A DNA stretch of 64,000 bases from an uncultured Candidatus Cloacimonadota bacterium (lineage in GTDB: Bacteria; Cloacimonadota; Cloacimonadia; Cloacimonadales; Cloacimonadaceae), in assembly GCA_964634275.1 (NCBI GenBank), contig CAZWIS010000003.1, forward strand, positions 57,548-121,547. The letters are read 5' to 3'. Made by a program: the position numbers and the translations under genes. How positions within the stretch are numbered: the stretch's first letter is position 1; every line of letters starts with the position of its first letter. The notes under the pieces were generated by a model, which had not been told where the DNA came from, did no database searches, and saw only the letters and a list, made by a program, of their open reading frames with translations. Positions 1-9,409 of this stretch are shown one piece after another.

Positions 1-634
1 TAACCTTATCGACTAACTGGACGAATACTTCTGATGAGTCATCAGCCCATTGGATATCGCTCGAAATGTCCATATATCTATGATTTATCGCTGGTAACTG
101 GGCTGTTTGTAAATATGGCAATACCATTTTTACAATCTTTGGGCGGATACTATATGCGGCATATTCTTCTTTAGGCGATACATGCATTACCGGGATGCAA
201 ACGTCACTCTCGACTTGCGAAACGCGGGTACCAGTTTTAAACATCATGCCACAGATTGTAGACATCAGTTCTTTTTGCCACTTCAAATAGCCCCGGTCCA
301 TGATTACTTCAGTAGCGTTATCGGATAGATTACATATTTCTGGGACTGGATCGCCACAGTACACATGAAACCCAATACCCAGAGAACGAAAAACTGGAAT
401 TAGCTCAGCTATCCCTTCCAACATAAAATTGTAATGACGCCAATTAGCCCCAGGTACAGAAGGAGAAATCACAAACGCTACCAATAGAGGCAATCCACAT
501 ACATTGGCTCTTTCGATGGCATATTTTAATGCATGGTTATACTCGATTCGTTGAGATTGTTGCATCCAATACAGGATATATTTTCCCGGCTTGCATTCAA
601 GATCGTTTAAACACTGAATTCGATCATCAAACAC
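1..634 (-). CDS. phr: Deoxyribodipyrimidine photolyase, class II, N-terminal ~210 aa (gene runs off the left edge)
   Basis: Absent from the ORF track because it is truncated. My minus-strand translation from a GTG at 634..632 gives VFDDRIQCLNDLECKPGKYILYWMQQSQRIEYNHALKYAIERANVCGLPLLVAFVIS...YNFMLEGIAEL...EEYAAYSIRPKI. This follows the N-terminal domain of class II CPD photolyases (YWMxRDQRxxDNxAL, YxFMLxGLxEL, EYAAxTxRPK). The start codon choice is uncertain. Confidence 0.8.
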   Translation of the reverse strand, partial: MFDDRIQCLNDLECKPGKYILYWMQQSQRIEYNHALKYAIERANVCGLPLLVAFVISPSVPGANWRHYNFMLEGIAELIPVFRSLGIGFHVYCGDPVPEICNLSDNATEVIMDRGYLKWQKELMSTICGMMFKTGTRVSQVESDVCIPVMHVSPKEEYAAYSIRPKIVKMVLPYLQTAQLPAINHRYMDISSDIQWADDSSEVFVQLVDKV

Positions 635-635
635 A

Positions 636-1520
636 TTAATTACCAAACAAAACGTTACTAATACTTACTGGAAAGCTGCTTTTAAACTGATATGGTCTCT
701 CAAATTCAATCCCCATAGTTTGCAATTGAACTTTGCCGGTGACATTATACGAGATTTCTCCTTTCAAAACACCTTTTGCAGCTCCGGTTATGGATTTGAG
801 GTTGTTAAGCTTAAAGATCATGGCTCCATCACGGTAAAATACGTTTTCATCAAATTGGAGCGTGTTCTGTAAATATCCTCTGCCTACCATTTTTTCATTG
901 ATATATAGCTCTGAGGGAAAGTTCTTCAAACTAAAACTGAGCCCATATGGGTTTAAAAGCATGAAGTTTATCTTTATCGTAGTTTCTCCGATTGTGATAC
1001 TATCAATCGAAGTGTTCAATACTCTGAACAGGTCTTGACCATCTGCCGAAAACTTGGGCAACAACTCTTGTATGTACTTCCTGATATCAAGTGAGTATTT
1101 TTCCTCAAAGGTAAATGATTTTGAGAACCCTCTGGCTCTGCCCACACCGTTACCTTCGATGAAAATGAGTATTTTCTGGTCGGAGTGACTAACAATCTTT
1201 ACCGCTTGTCTTGTATCAATACGAGCAGTCAATGCTATTGTTGTTTCTTTTTTTCCTGGAATCTGAACTCCTTGATCAATTTGTGCGAAACCGATCCGGA
1301 TTCTGTTCTTATCCAGTAGGTTCAGGCTTAGTTTTTCTACAGCCAGAGAATACCGATTGGGATTCGAAACCAATAATGATACTTTTACTTCGATATGGTC
1401 CGGCGAGAATGATGTAAGTTTCAGATCCTGTATTTGATTCACAATCGGAGCTTGAAACAGTAGTTTACAGGATGTTAGCATCAAAAACATTATCAATGAT
1501 ACCAAGAGGATCTTGTTCAT
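636..1520 (-). CDS. Lipoprotein with two LEA_2/WHy-like (LEA14-type) domains
   Basis: Signal peptide with lipobox (FLMLTSC). Two copies of the NPN/NPY-centred beta-sandwich pattern: VSLLVSNPNRYSLAVEKLSLNLL and INFMLLNPYGLSFSLKNFPSELYING-like. Confidence 0.6.
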   Translation of the reverse strand: MNKILLVSLIMFLMLTSCKLLFQAPIVNQIQDLKLTSFSPDHIEVKVSLLVSNPNRYSLAVEKLSLNLLDKNRIRIGFAQIDQGVQIPGKKETTIALTARIDTRQAVKIVSHSDQKILIFIEGNGVGRARGFSKSFTFEEKYSLDIRKYIQELLPKFSADGQDLFRVLNTSIDSITIGETTIKINFMLLNPYGLSFSLKNFPSELYINEKMVGRGYLQNTLQFDENVFYRDGAMIFKLNNLKSITGAAKGVLKGEISYNVTGKVQLQTMGIEFERPYQFKSSFPVSISNVLFGN

Positions 1521-1545
1521 ATTATTATTACTCCCAAATGGCTAT

Positions 1546-3528
1546 TTAAACCGGATAGGTAGATTTGTCTACATGGCAACGAAACCAATTCTCCAATGCA
1601 ATAACATTAAACACCATTTCAGCATGTTTTGTATTACCAGCTTGGAAATCCCGCCATTTTGATTTGATAAGCGAAAGGTTCCATATCTTCCTGTTTCTGA
1701 ACTCGGGCGAATTAAAGATACTCTCCACATATTTATTGAGATCCCTTCTAAGCCATATTGAATAGAAGGGAGAGGAAAAGATTCCTTTGTCACGTCTTTG
1801 TGAAATAGCCTTTGGTACGATATCCATCATAGCTTCACGATGAATCAGTTTCCCGATTGGGGGCTTAATCTTGTACTCCGAAGGCAAACTAAACACAAAT
1901 TCGATCAGACGAGTATCAAGAAAAGGTACTCTACTTTCGATAGAATGTGCCATGGACATTCTATCTTCATAGTGTAATAGAGTTTGGATTGATGTAACCC
2001 GCATCATGTTGTAAAGGAAGTTTGATAATCTCGATCCGGGAATATCATGAATCTCAGACAAAACACCATTCTGCACTTGCGCTCTTGCACAACATCTAAA
2101 CTCCTCATTAAAAGGTTCAAACCTATAGTGAGCAAACTCCAGTTCGTACAGCTTAGATTCAGGTAAAATGGCACACAGCAGGGATTTGGCAAGTGTCGGT
2201 AATGGTCTTGCTTTTTGCGAACTTGAAAATATAGCTTTGTAATCTGTAGCAAACTTCACAAACTTCAATGAGCGGAGTAGATCGGCCAAATATCTGTAGT
2301 TGGCATGAAAGTATCCTGCATTCATCTCATCGCTCCCCTGCCCATCCAATAATACCTTTACGCCATTTTCTTTTGCCAGTTTCATTACCGCATACTGCGA
2401 TACATATCCGGCTCCAACCGGTAGATCATTATAGTAGGTAGCTTGTTCAAACCAATTGATTGTATCCTTTGCTAAGGGAGAGACAAGATGCGATTTTACT
2501 TTCGTATAATCAGCCACAATCTTGATCCACTTTCGTTCATCAAGGGTGGAGTCTTCAGCATAATACGATGAAAAAGTCTGTAGATTGTAGTCGCTATATT
2601 GCATGGCACTACATACTATTGCAGACGAATCCAAACCACCACTCAGACAGCTTCCAATCTCGACATCTGATCTCATTTGCAGTCGCATTGAATCTTGAAA
2701 CAATGCCTTGTACTTATCAACTGCATCGGAATACTTCATTGGTGATCTTTCAAATTTGGATAACTCTAATTGGTAGTATGGAGTTTGTGATACAGTACCG
2801 TTTCGTACGAGAAGATTATGCCCAGGTAGTAGAGAGCGGTAATTCTTCCAGAATGTCTCATCTGAGTACACTAACATTGCGTTTATTTTCATACTCCGCC
2901 ATATCATAGCACAGTTTAGCTCATCACTTACTGGAGAGAATCTCAGTTGTTTTAGCTCTGATCCAAAGTATATCCCCGATTTATCTGTTGTATAATAAAA
3001 CGGTTTTATCCCAAATGGATCGCGGGAACAAAAGAGCTCTTTGTTAATCCCATCCCATATAGCAAAAGCCCACATTCCAATAAAACGTACAACACATTCT
3101 TTACCCCATACCTTGTATGCATTTAGGATTACTTCTGTGTCGCTGGAACCCCTAAAACTGCATCCATAGCTATTTAGTTCGTTTCGAAGTTCCAGATAAT
3201 TGTATATCTCTCCATTAAAAACTATATGCAAATCAACATCTGCTATTGACATCGGTTGATGCCCCGTGTCGGATAAATCCAAGATCGACAATCTACGAAA
3301 ACCCATCCCAAGGTTTGCTTCAAATTGGCTATCAAGGATAGGTAATCTGGATTTGCTTGAAGCGGATGAATCATCCCCACAATAGTGTTTATGGCTTCCT
3401 GAACAAGTATCAAACAGAAGATAACCTTCGTCATCCGGACCCCTGTGTTTGATACAGTCCGTCATTGCCTTCAGGATATTATGATCTACGGGCTCCGAAT
3501 AATTGTAAATACCAGAAAATCCGCACAT
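1546..3528 (-). CDS. asnB: Asparagine synthase (glutamine-hydrolysing)
   Basis: N-terminal MCGFSGIY (Cys2 Ntn amidotransferase). SGGLDSS pyrophosphatase loop (CLSGGLDSSAIV). 660 aa. Confidence 0.9.
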   Translation of the reverse strand: MCGFSGIYNYSEPVDHNILKAMTDCIKHRGPDDEGYLLFDTCSGSHKHYCGDDSSASSKSRLPILDSQFEANLGMGFRRLSILDLSDTGHQPMSIADVDLHIVFNGEIYNYLELRNELNSYGCSFRGSSDTEVILNAYKVWGKECVVRFIGMWAFAIWDGINKELFCSRDPFGIKPFYYTTDKSGIYFGSELKQLRFSPVSDELNCAMIWRSMKINAMLVYSDETFWKNYRSLLPGHNLLVRNGTVSQTPYYQLELSKFERSPMKYSDAVDKYKALFQDSMRLQMRSDVEIGSCLSGGLDSSAIVCSAMQYSDYNLQTFSSYYAEDSTLDERKWIKIVADYTKVKSHLVSPLAKDTINWFEQATYYNDLPVGAGYVSQYAVMKLAKENGVKVLLDGQGSDEMNAGYFHANYRYLADLLRSLKFVKFATDYKAIFSSSQKARPLPTLAKSLLCAILPESKLYELEFAHYRFEPFNEEFRCCARAQVQNGVLSEIHDIPGSRLSNFLYNMMRVTSIQTLLHYEDRMSMAHSIESRVPFLDTRLIEFVFSLPSEYKIKPPIGKLIHREAMMDIVPKAISQRRDKGIFSSPFYSIWLRRDLNKYVESIFNSPEFRNRKIWNLSLIKSKWRDFQAGNTKHAEMVFNVIALENWFRCHVDKSTYPV

Positions 3529-3554
3529 TCGACTATCTGATACTATTTGGCATT

Positions 3555-4682
3555 TTAATTACCCAAAATACTAAGGAATACGCCCGCCGCTACTGCAGAT
3601 CCAATAACTCCAGCTACGTTTGGTGCCATTGCATGCATAATCAAATAATTCGATTTGTCATATTGCTGGCCTACTGTTTGAGATACTCGCGCGGACACAG
3701 GTACTGCAGAAACACCGGCATTACCTATCAACGGATTAATTTTATCTTTGACGAAGATATTCATGATTTTTGCAAAAATAACGCCTGTAGCTGTTGCTAC
3801 GCTAAATGCCAATATCCCCAGCAGAAATATCTTGATGGCATCCCAAGTCAGAAATACTTCCGCAGAAGTACGGGCTCCGACAGTCAATCCTATCAAGATA
3901 GTTACAATGTCGATCAAAACTGTTCTGGCAGACACGGCAAGTCTTTCCGTAACGCCACTCTCTTTTAACAAGTTCCCCAAAAACAACATTGCAAGCAGAG
4001 TCACGCTGCCGGGTGCGATAAATGACGTAACAATAAACGCAATCAGCGGGAAGAATATCTTCTCTTTTTTGGTGACAATTCTTGGAGCTTTCATCCTGAT
4101 TTTGCGCTCTGTATCGTTTGTCAGCAATCTCATGATTGGGGGCTGAATCACTGGAACAAGAGACATGTATGAGTATGCTGCAAGAGCTATTGGGCCTACT
4201 AAATGCGGGGCAAGTTTTGATGATAGATATATCGATGTAGGTCCGTCCGCACCACCAATAATACCGATGGATGCCGCTTCCAGGATATTAAACCCCAAAA
4301 ACAAAGAGCCCATAAACGTGGCAAAAATACCAAATTGTGCTGCTGCGCCCAGCAGAATCAGTTTGGGGTTTGCTATCAGAGTCGAGAAATCTGTCATTGC
4401 TCCAATTCCGAGAAAAATTAGAGGTGGATACAATCCCCTGTTTACTCCAAAATAGAGAATATTCAGAACGGAGCCCTCATTATTAACGCTCAATCCTTGT
4501 TCAACAACCCCTGGGATGTTACCAACTACGATACCAAAGCCGATCGGTACCAGTAACAAGGGTTCATATTCCTTGGCTATACCCAGATAGATAAAGAAAA
4601 GGCCTGCTACGATCATCAGCATACTACCGGGGTTTATATTCGAGAAGCCTGTAGTCTGCAGGAATTGTAATAGTTCTTGCAT
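3555..4682 (-). CDS. mmdB: Na+-translocating decarboxylase, beta (membrane pump) subunit (OadB/MmdB/GcdB family)
   Basis: 375-aa polytopic membrane protein with family-typical segments (IGAMTDF, IGIIGGADGPT, AYSYMSLVP). Last gene of the decarboxylase operon. Confidence 0.85.
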   Translation of the reverse strand: MQELLQFLQTTGFSNINPGSMLMIVAGLFFIYLGIAKEYEPLLLVPIGFGIVVGNIPGVVEQGLSVNNEGSVLNILYFGVNRGLYPPLIFLGIGAMTDFSTLIANPKLILLGAAAQFGIFATFMGSLFLGFNILEAASIGIIGGADGPTSIYLSSKLAPHLVGPIALAAYSYMSLVPVIQPPIMRLLTNDTERKIRMKAPRIVTKKEKIFFPLIAFIVTSFIAPGSVTLLAMLFLGNLLKESGVTERLAVSARTVLIDIVTILIGLTVGARTSAEVFLTWDAIKIFLLGILAFSVATATGVIFAKIMNIFVKDKINPLIGNAGVSAVPVSARVSQTVGQQYDKSNYLIMHAMAPNVAGVIGSAVAAGVFLSILGN

Positions 4683-4685
4683 CTG

Positions 4686-5405
4686 CTAAGTCTCCAATTC
4701 TATCAGCGGTTCTTCTTCCTGAACCATATCACCTTTGTTGACGAATACATTCATAACCCTGCCACGCATAGTACAATGAATTTCCGATTCCATCTTCATC
4801 GCTTCGAGAATTATGATAACCGTATTCTCATCTACCATATCTCCAGGTTTGACCAATACATCGACAATCACACCAGGTATTGGGGCTCGAACAGTATTAT
4901 CCTGTGCAGCAAACTGAACTGGTTCTGGTTTTGGAAGTTGAACCCTTTTTGACGGTTTAGCTGCTTGTTTATCAAGTATTTCAGTGTTTTCTATAATCAT
5001 TAGAACATCACCTTCGTGTACTGGCGATCTTTCTTTGATTGTAATCTTAACAATCTTTCCATCCACTGGAGCAGCGATTTCGGATTCCATCTTCATCGCT
5101 TCCAGGATTAGCAGAGTCTGTCCTTTCTTTACGGAATCTCCCTCTTTGACAGAGATACTGGCAATCACACCGGGTATGGGAGCTTTAATTTCTCCTGAGC
5201 TCGAATCTACACCACTGGAAAAGGCTGGTGCAAGGGGAACGGCTTTGTCCTGTGAGCCAATTTTGGGAACCATTGACGGGGCATCTTGTTCTATCTGGAT
5301 GTGATACTCGTGTCCATTGACGCTAATCTTTGCATGTGTTCCACTATACTCCAGAACTCTGGTATCAAACTTTTCACCATTTATCAACAATTTATAGGTC
5401 TTCAT
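4686..5405 (-). CDS. mmdC: Biotin carboxyl carrier subunit with two tandem biotinyl domains (MmdC/GcdC-like)
   Basis: Two complete EAMKMESEI biotinylation motifs, each preceded by APIPGVI. Start moved to the internal ATG at 5405 (MKTYKLLING), which directly follows the upstream stop at 5408..5410. The ORF-track start at 5468 would overlap the upstream gene by 61 nt. Confidence 0.85.
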   Translation of the reverse strand: MKTYKLLINGEKFDTRVLEYSGTHAKISVNGHEYHIQIEQDAPSMVPKIGSQDKAVPLAPAFSSGVDSSSGEIKAPIPGVIASISVKEGDSVKKGQTLLILEAMKMESEIAAPVDGKIVKITIKERSPVHEGDVLMIIENTEILDKQAAKPSKRVQLPKPEPVQFAAQDNTVRAPIPGVIVDVLVKPGDMVDENTVIIILEAMKMESEIHCTMRGRVMNVFVNKGDMVQEEEPLIELET

Positions 5406-5407
5406 TA

Positions 5408-6280
5408 TTAGCTCCTTCTGTTTTGATGTTCCCGGTTTGGCATATTTACTACATTTGAAGCATGCCAAAGATTGATTGGTGCTCTTTTGAAAGTTAGAAG
5501 CAATCTGCGCCTCTCTTCAATGGATGATGCATGAATATGAAGGGTTGTGATGGCAGCGGCAATAAGATTACGATTCAACCCATCCGGAGCGGAAACAATC
5601 TTTGAATTCTTGCCGATTACAATTGTCTTGGTTTGAGTCTTCGATTTTTTATTCAAGTATCCCATTTGGCTGATCACAAGGCTACAAATAGCTAAGGAGA
5701 AGAAAACCACCAGCATTCCGACCAAAGTAATACTGGCACCATAATGAATCTTTTTTTGTTCAAAAGCTTTGACTATCTGAACAATCTCTTCAGGATCTTT
5801 ACCTATAACTTGCATCGATGCATGGTCAAAGTTCCTGTTCAAGGGATTCAAGCCCAGTAGTTCCTTCAATTTTTTGATTGGCACTTTGAGCTTCATGGAC
5901 ACTTCTGAAACAGTGTTCAGTTCATTAAGACCATACAAAGCCGATTGGTGAGCCAGAAGTGCCTGATACGGAGAAATACCCAACTGCCTCAGTGTCTTTT
6001 CATCCAGTTGTTTGTTCTCTACTTCCAGATTCAGGTAACGTTTCCAATCATCAACTCGTGTCTCATCAATCAATAGCTTTTCAGCAACGATTCTTAGTAA
6101 ATCCGTATCTCGAAAGCCGTATTCCTCTACTATATCTTTCTCTCGCTTGAAGCTTAGGCTATCAAGCTGAACTTCTTCCATGCCGATCAGAACCGTTTTT
6201 TCAGCAGCCGAATCCTGAGCCGCAAGCATCAGAGATAGGATCAGAAACAGGCAGACAATAGCACATCTCTTCATGGTCAT
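5408..6280 (-). CDS. OadG/MmdD-like decarboxylase membrane-anchor subunit fused to a ~190-aa signal-peptide-bearing N-terminal domain
   Basis: C-terminal part has the OadG-type single TM helix (ITLVGMLVVFFSLAICSLVISQMG) and the tail AAAITTLHIHA. The N-terminus has a signal peptide (CAIVCLFLILSLMLAAQD). Lies between the carboxyltransferase and the biotin carrier. Confidence 0.65.
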   Translation of the reverse strand: MTMKRCAIVCLFLILSLMLAAQDSAAEKTVLIGMEEVQLDSLSFKREKDIVEEYGFRDTDLLRIVAEKLLIDETRVDDWKRYLNLEVENKQLDEKTLRQLGISPYQALLAHQSALYGLNELNTVSEVSMKLKVPIKKLKELLGLNPLNRNFDHASMQVIGKDPEEIVQIVKAFEQKKIHYGASITLVGMLVVFFSLAICSLVISQMGYLNKKSKTQTKTIVIGKNSKIVSAPDGLNRNLIAAAITTLHIHASSIEERRRLLLTFKRAPINLWHASNVVNMPNREHQNRRS

Positions 6281-6282
6281 CT

Positions 6283-7833
6283 CTATAATGGCATATTACC
6301 ATGCTTTCGGGCAGGTATTGTATCTTTTTTATTTGCCAAAAATTCAAGTGCTCGAATTACCCTGAAACGAGTTCTGGCAGGTTCGATGATATCATCAATA
6401 TATCCCTTTTCAGCGGCATTCATAGGATTGGCAAACTTATCTCTATACTCCTGTTCACGATCCAATAGGACTTTTTTGGGATCCTCAGATTCTTGGGCTT
6501 CTTTTCTGAATATTACTTCAACAGCTCCCTTGGGACCCATAACAGCAATCTCTGCTGATGGCCAGGCATACACTATGTCAGCCCTCATATGACGACTGTT
6601 CATGACACAATATGCCCCGCCATAAGCCTTGCGAATGATTACTGTAATCTTTGGTACAGTTGCTTCTGCGAAGGCATAAAGCAGTTTTGCCCCATTGCGT
6701 ATGATACCATTATGTTCCTGGTTTGTACCGGGTAGAAACCCAGGCACATCTTCCAACACTATCAATGGAACATTAAAAGCGTCACAGAAGCGAACAAACC
6801 GCGCAGCTTTGATTGATGCATCGATATCCAATACACCAGCTAATACCTTGGGCTGGTTTGCGACTATTCCCACTGGGTGACCGTTCATTCGACAAAACCC
6901 GACCACGATATTTTGAGCAAAGTTTCTGGCAACCTGAAGAAACTCCCCTTCATCGACAATCGTATGAATCACGTCCAAGATATCATATGGTTTATTTGGA
7001 TTTTCAGGAATGATTTGATTTAAATCGTCACAGAGCCTGTCTATTGGATCCGAAGTTGGCTCAAAGGGGGGATCTTCCATGTTATTGGAAGGAATATAGC
7101 TAAGGATCTTCTTGATGAGCAGCAGTGCTTCTTCTTCGTTATTGGACACAAAATGAGCAACCCCGCTTTTACTGGCATGAATCTGAGCTCCACCAAGATC
7201 TTCTGTAGTAACAGTTTCATTCAAAACCGTCTTAACAACCTTTGGGCCAGTTACGAACATATAACTGTTTTGTTTGTCCATGATAACGAAATCGGTAATA
7301 GCAGGAGAGTAAACAGCCCCACCTGCACATGGACCCAGGATTGCTGAAATCTGTGGAATTACCCCTGAAGACATTACATTTCTCCAGAAGATCTCTGCAT
7401 ATCCTGCCAAAGCATCAACCCCTTCCTGAATTCTTGCACCACCTGAATCATTGAGCCCAATCAGAGGACAACCATTTTTAAGCGCCATATCCATTATCTT
7501 GCAGATCTTTTCTGCATAGGTTTTCGATAATGACCCACCAAAAACAGTAAAGTCCTGGGCAAAAACATATACTACGCGTTCATTAATTGTAGCACAACCA
7601 GTTACGACACCATCACCATCAAACTTGGTATTTTCCATTCCAAAATTTGTGCATTGATGCTTTACAAACAAATCGAACTCTTCAAAGCTATCAGGATCCA
7701 CAAGTAGCTCAATCCTCTCACGGGCAGTCAGCTTCCCTTTGGAGTGTTGTTCGGAAATGCGTTTCTCTCCGCCACCCAAAAGAGCTTTATCACGAGATTC
7801 ACGTAGTCTTAAGATCGGTTTTGGAATTTCCAT
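6283..7833 (-). CDS. mmdA: Methylmalonyl-CoA decarboxylase alpha subunit / acyl-CoA carboxyltransferase (MmdA/PccB family)
   Basis: 516 aa. N-terminus reads [35 protein letters not shown]. Two-domain crotonase-like carboxyltransferase pattern. Operon context with the Na+ pump beta subunit. Confidence 0.85.
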   Translation of the reverse strand: MEIPKPILRLRESRDKALLGGGEKRISEQHSKGKLTARERIELLVDPDSFEEFDLFVKHQCTNFGMENTKFDGDGVVTGCATINERVVYVFAQDFTVFGGSLSKTYAEKICKIMDMALKNGCPLIGLNDSGGARIQEGVDALAGYAEIFWRNVMSSGVIPQISAILGPCAGGAVYSPAITDFVIMDKQNSYMFVTGPKVVKTVLNETVTTEDLGGAQIHASKSGVAHFVSNNEEEALLLIKKILSYIPSNNMEDPPFEPTSDPIDRLCDDLNQIIPENPNKPYDILDVIHTIVDEGEFLQVARNFAQNIVVGFCRMNGHPVGIVANQPKVLAGVLDIDASIKAARFVRFCDAFNVPLIVLEDVPGFLPGTNQEHNGIIRNGAKLLYAFAEATVPKITVIIRKAYGGAYCVMNSRHMRADIVYAWPSAEIAVMGPKGAVEVIFRKEAQESEDPKKVLLDREQEYRDKFANPMNAAEKGYIDDIIEPARTRFRVIRALEFLANKKDTIPARKHGNMPL

Positions 7834-7871
7834 CTCTATATCCTTTTTTATGTTTTACCTATGTTAACAGA

Positions 7872-8585
7872 TCACAATGCCTTTAGAAGGCGCAAAAGTA
7901 CCAGGCGCCACACCATCCATGCAGCTTCCCATGCTATTCTACGGGACATTTTTGATACGCCATTCGATCTTTCTGTAAAAATTACCGGAATCTCTCTGAT
8001 CTTGAATCCCTTGATCCATACTCGATAGTTTATTTCCACCTGAAATCCGTATCCGTCAGAGAGTACGCTATCCAGATTGATAGATTCCAAGACTCTACGG
8101 TTGAAGCATTTGAATCCTGCTGTGGGATCTTTGATCGGCATGCCTGTAATGGTACGAACATACTTTGAGGCAAAGTAACTCATAAGCAGTCTTTTGATCG
8201 GCCAGTTGATGATATTAATCCCTTCACAATAGCGGGATCCAATCACCAAGTCGGATGTCTGAGCTTCCAGAAGCAATCTTGGAATATCATCTGGGTTGTG
8301 GCTGAAATCTGCATCCATTTCAAGGATAAAATCAAAGTCTTTTGCCAAAGCATAATGAAATCCCTTTACATAGGCGGATCCCAATCCAAGCTTTCCAGAT
8401 CTCTCAATCAGATGAACTCTGGATTCATCTGCCATAAAAGCCTTTACCAACTGAGCTGTTCCATCTGGAGAATTGTCATCAATCACCAGGATTTCGATTA
8501 TGTCTGATTTTTGCAGCACAGAGCTCAATAACGCTGTGATGTTGTCTTTTTCGTTGTAGGTAGGGACTATTACGAGTGCTTTCAT
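7872..8585 (-). CDS. GT2 polyprenol-phosphate mannosyl/glucosyl-transferase (Dpm1-like)
   Basis: MKALVIVPTYNEKDNI..., VIDDNSPDGT and the DADFSH (DXD-type) motif. 237 aa. Confidence 0.8.
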   Translation of the reverse strand: MKALVIVPTYNEKDNITALLSSVLQKSDIIEILVIDDNSPDGTAQLVKAFMADESRVHLIERSGKLGLGSAYVKGFHYALAKDFDFILEMDADFSHNPDDIPRLLLEAQTSDLVIGSRYCEGINIINWPIKRLLMSYFASKYVRTITGMPIKDPTAGFKCFNRRVLESINLDSVLSDGYGFQVEINYRVWIKGFKIREIPVIFTERSNGVSKMSRRIAWEAAWMVWRLVLLRLLKAL

Positions 8586-8586
8586 G

Positions 8587-9336
8587 TTATTTATCTAAGT
8601 TATTGATCAATTTTTGTTTTTCAGGAACTGGTTTATATGACCTGGCTGGATTTCCCATTACGATTGTCGCAGCCGGAACATCCTTTGTGACAACGGAGCC
8701 TCCCGCTACGGTACCATCTTCTTCGATAGTTTTTCCGGGTAGTATAGTACTATTGACTCCAATTCGTCCACCCTTTTTAATTGTAACACCTTTGAAATGG
8801 TTAAATCGTTCTTTATCCCGAGCCATATAGTTGTCATTGCTTGTGGCTACACAAGGAGCTACAAAACAATAGTCCTCAATGGATGAATATGCCGTTATAT
8901 AGCAGTTTGTTTCGAATTTATTCCGATCCCCTATTGTACAAAAGTTCTCGATAGAAACATTTCTGCCTACAATGTTAAGCGAACCGAGGCTTACGTTTTC
9001 CCTGATAGTTGCCATATCGGCAATCAGGTTTTTTTCGCCTATCGTGCACTGGGCATAAATGACTACATTAGCTCCGATCTGGTTGTAAGATCCTATTTTT
9101 GCTGGGGCTAAACCTTCTGGAACCTTAAATATTGAACGCGGAGAACTGAGGGGTTTCTTCCCAATAATCGTGTTATCGTCTATTCTTACGTACTCGCCAA
9201 TTTCACTGTTTTCGTAAATTACGACGTTATTTGCAATCATGCAATTATCTCCGATTATCACACCATCCATAATGACAACATTATGACCTAATTGAACATT
9301 ATTACCGAGTTTAACAGTTTCTGCTATATATTGATT
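8587..9336 (-). CDS. Left-handed beta-helix (hexapeptide-repeat) acyltransferase
   Basis: Repeated [LIV]G-x4 hexapeptides throughout (VKLGNNVQLGHNVVIMDGVIIGDNCMIANNVVI...). Start moved to the internal ATG (MNQYIAE) at 9336. The ORF-track start at 9408 would leave only 1 nt to the divergent xerC gene. Confidence 0.75.
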   Translation of the reverse strand, partial: NQYIAETVKLGNNVQLGHNVVIMDGVIIGDNCMIANNVVIYENSEIGEYVRIDDNTIIGKKPLSSPRSIFKVPEGLAPAKIGSYNQIGANVVIYAQCTIGEKNLIADMATIRENVSLGSLNIVGRNVSIENFCTIGDRNKFETNCYITAYSSIEDYCFVAPCVATSNDNYMARDKERFNHFKGVTIKKGGRIGVNSTILPGKTIEEDGTVAGGSVVTKDVPAATIVMGNPARSYKPVPEKQKLINNLDK

Positions 9337-9409
9337 CATCCGACCTCCCCATAAGGTAAGCCAATATTTCTCTCGACAAGGTTTTAGACAAGTAAAAAAT
9401 GATTCCACT

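Noticed and set aside
3465-3968. Antisense or shadow ORFs inside longer genes (also for example 23433..23930, 27960..28385, 33273..33812, 60730..61203, 61267..61641)
   Set aside because: Each is fully embedded opposite or out of frame with a longer ORF that has clear family motifs. Their translations are low-complexity or Cys/His/Ser-rich with no motifs.
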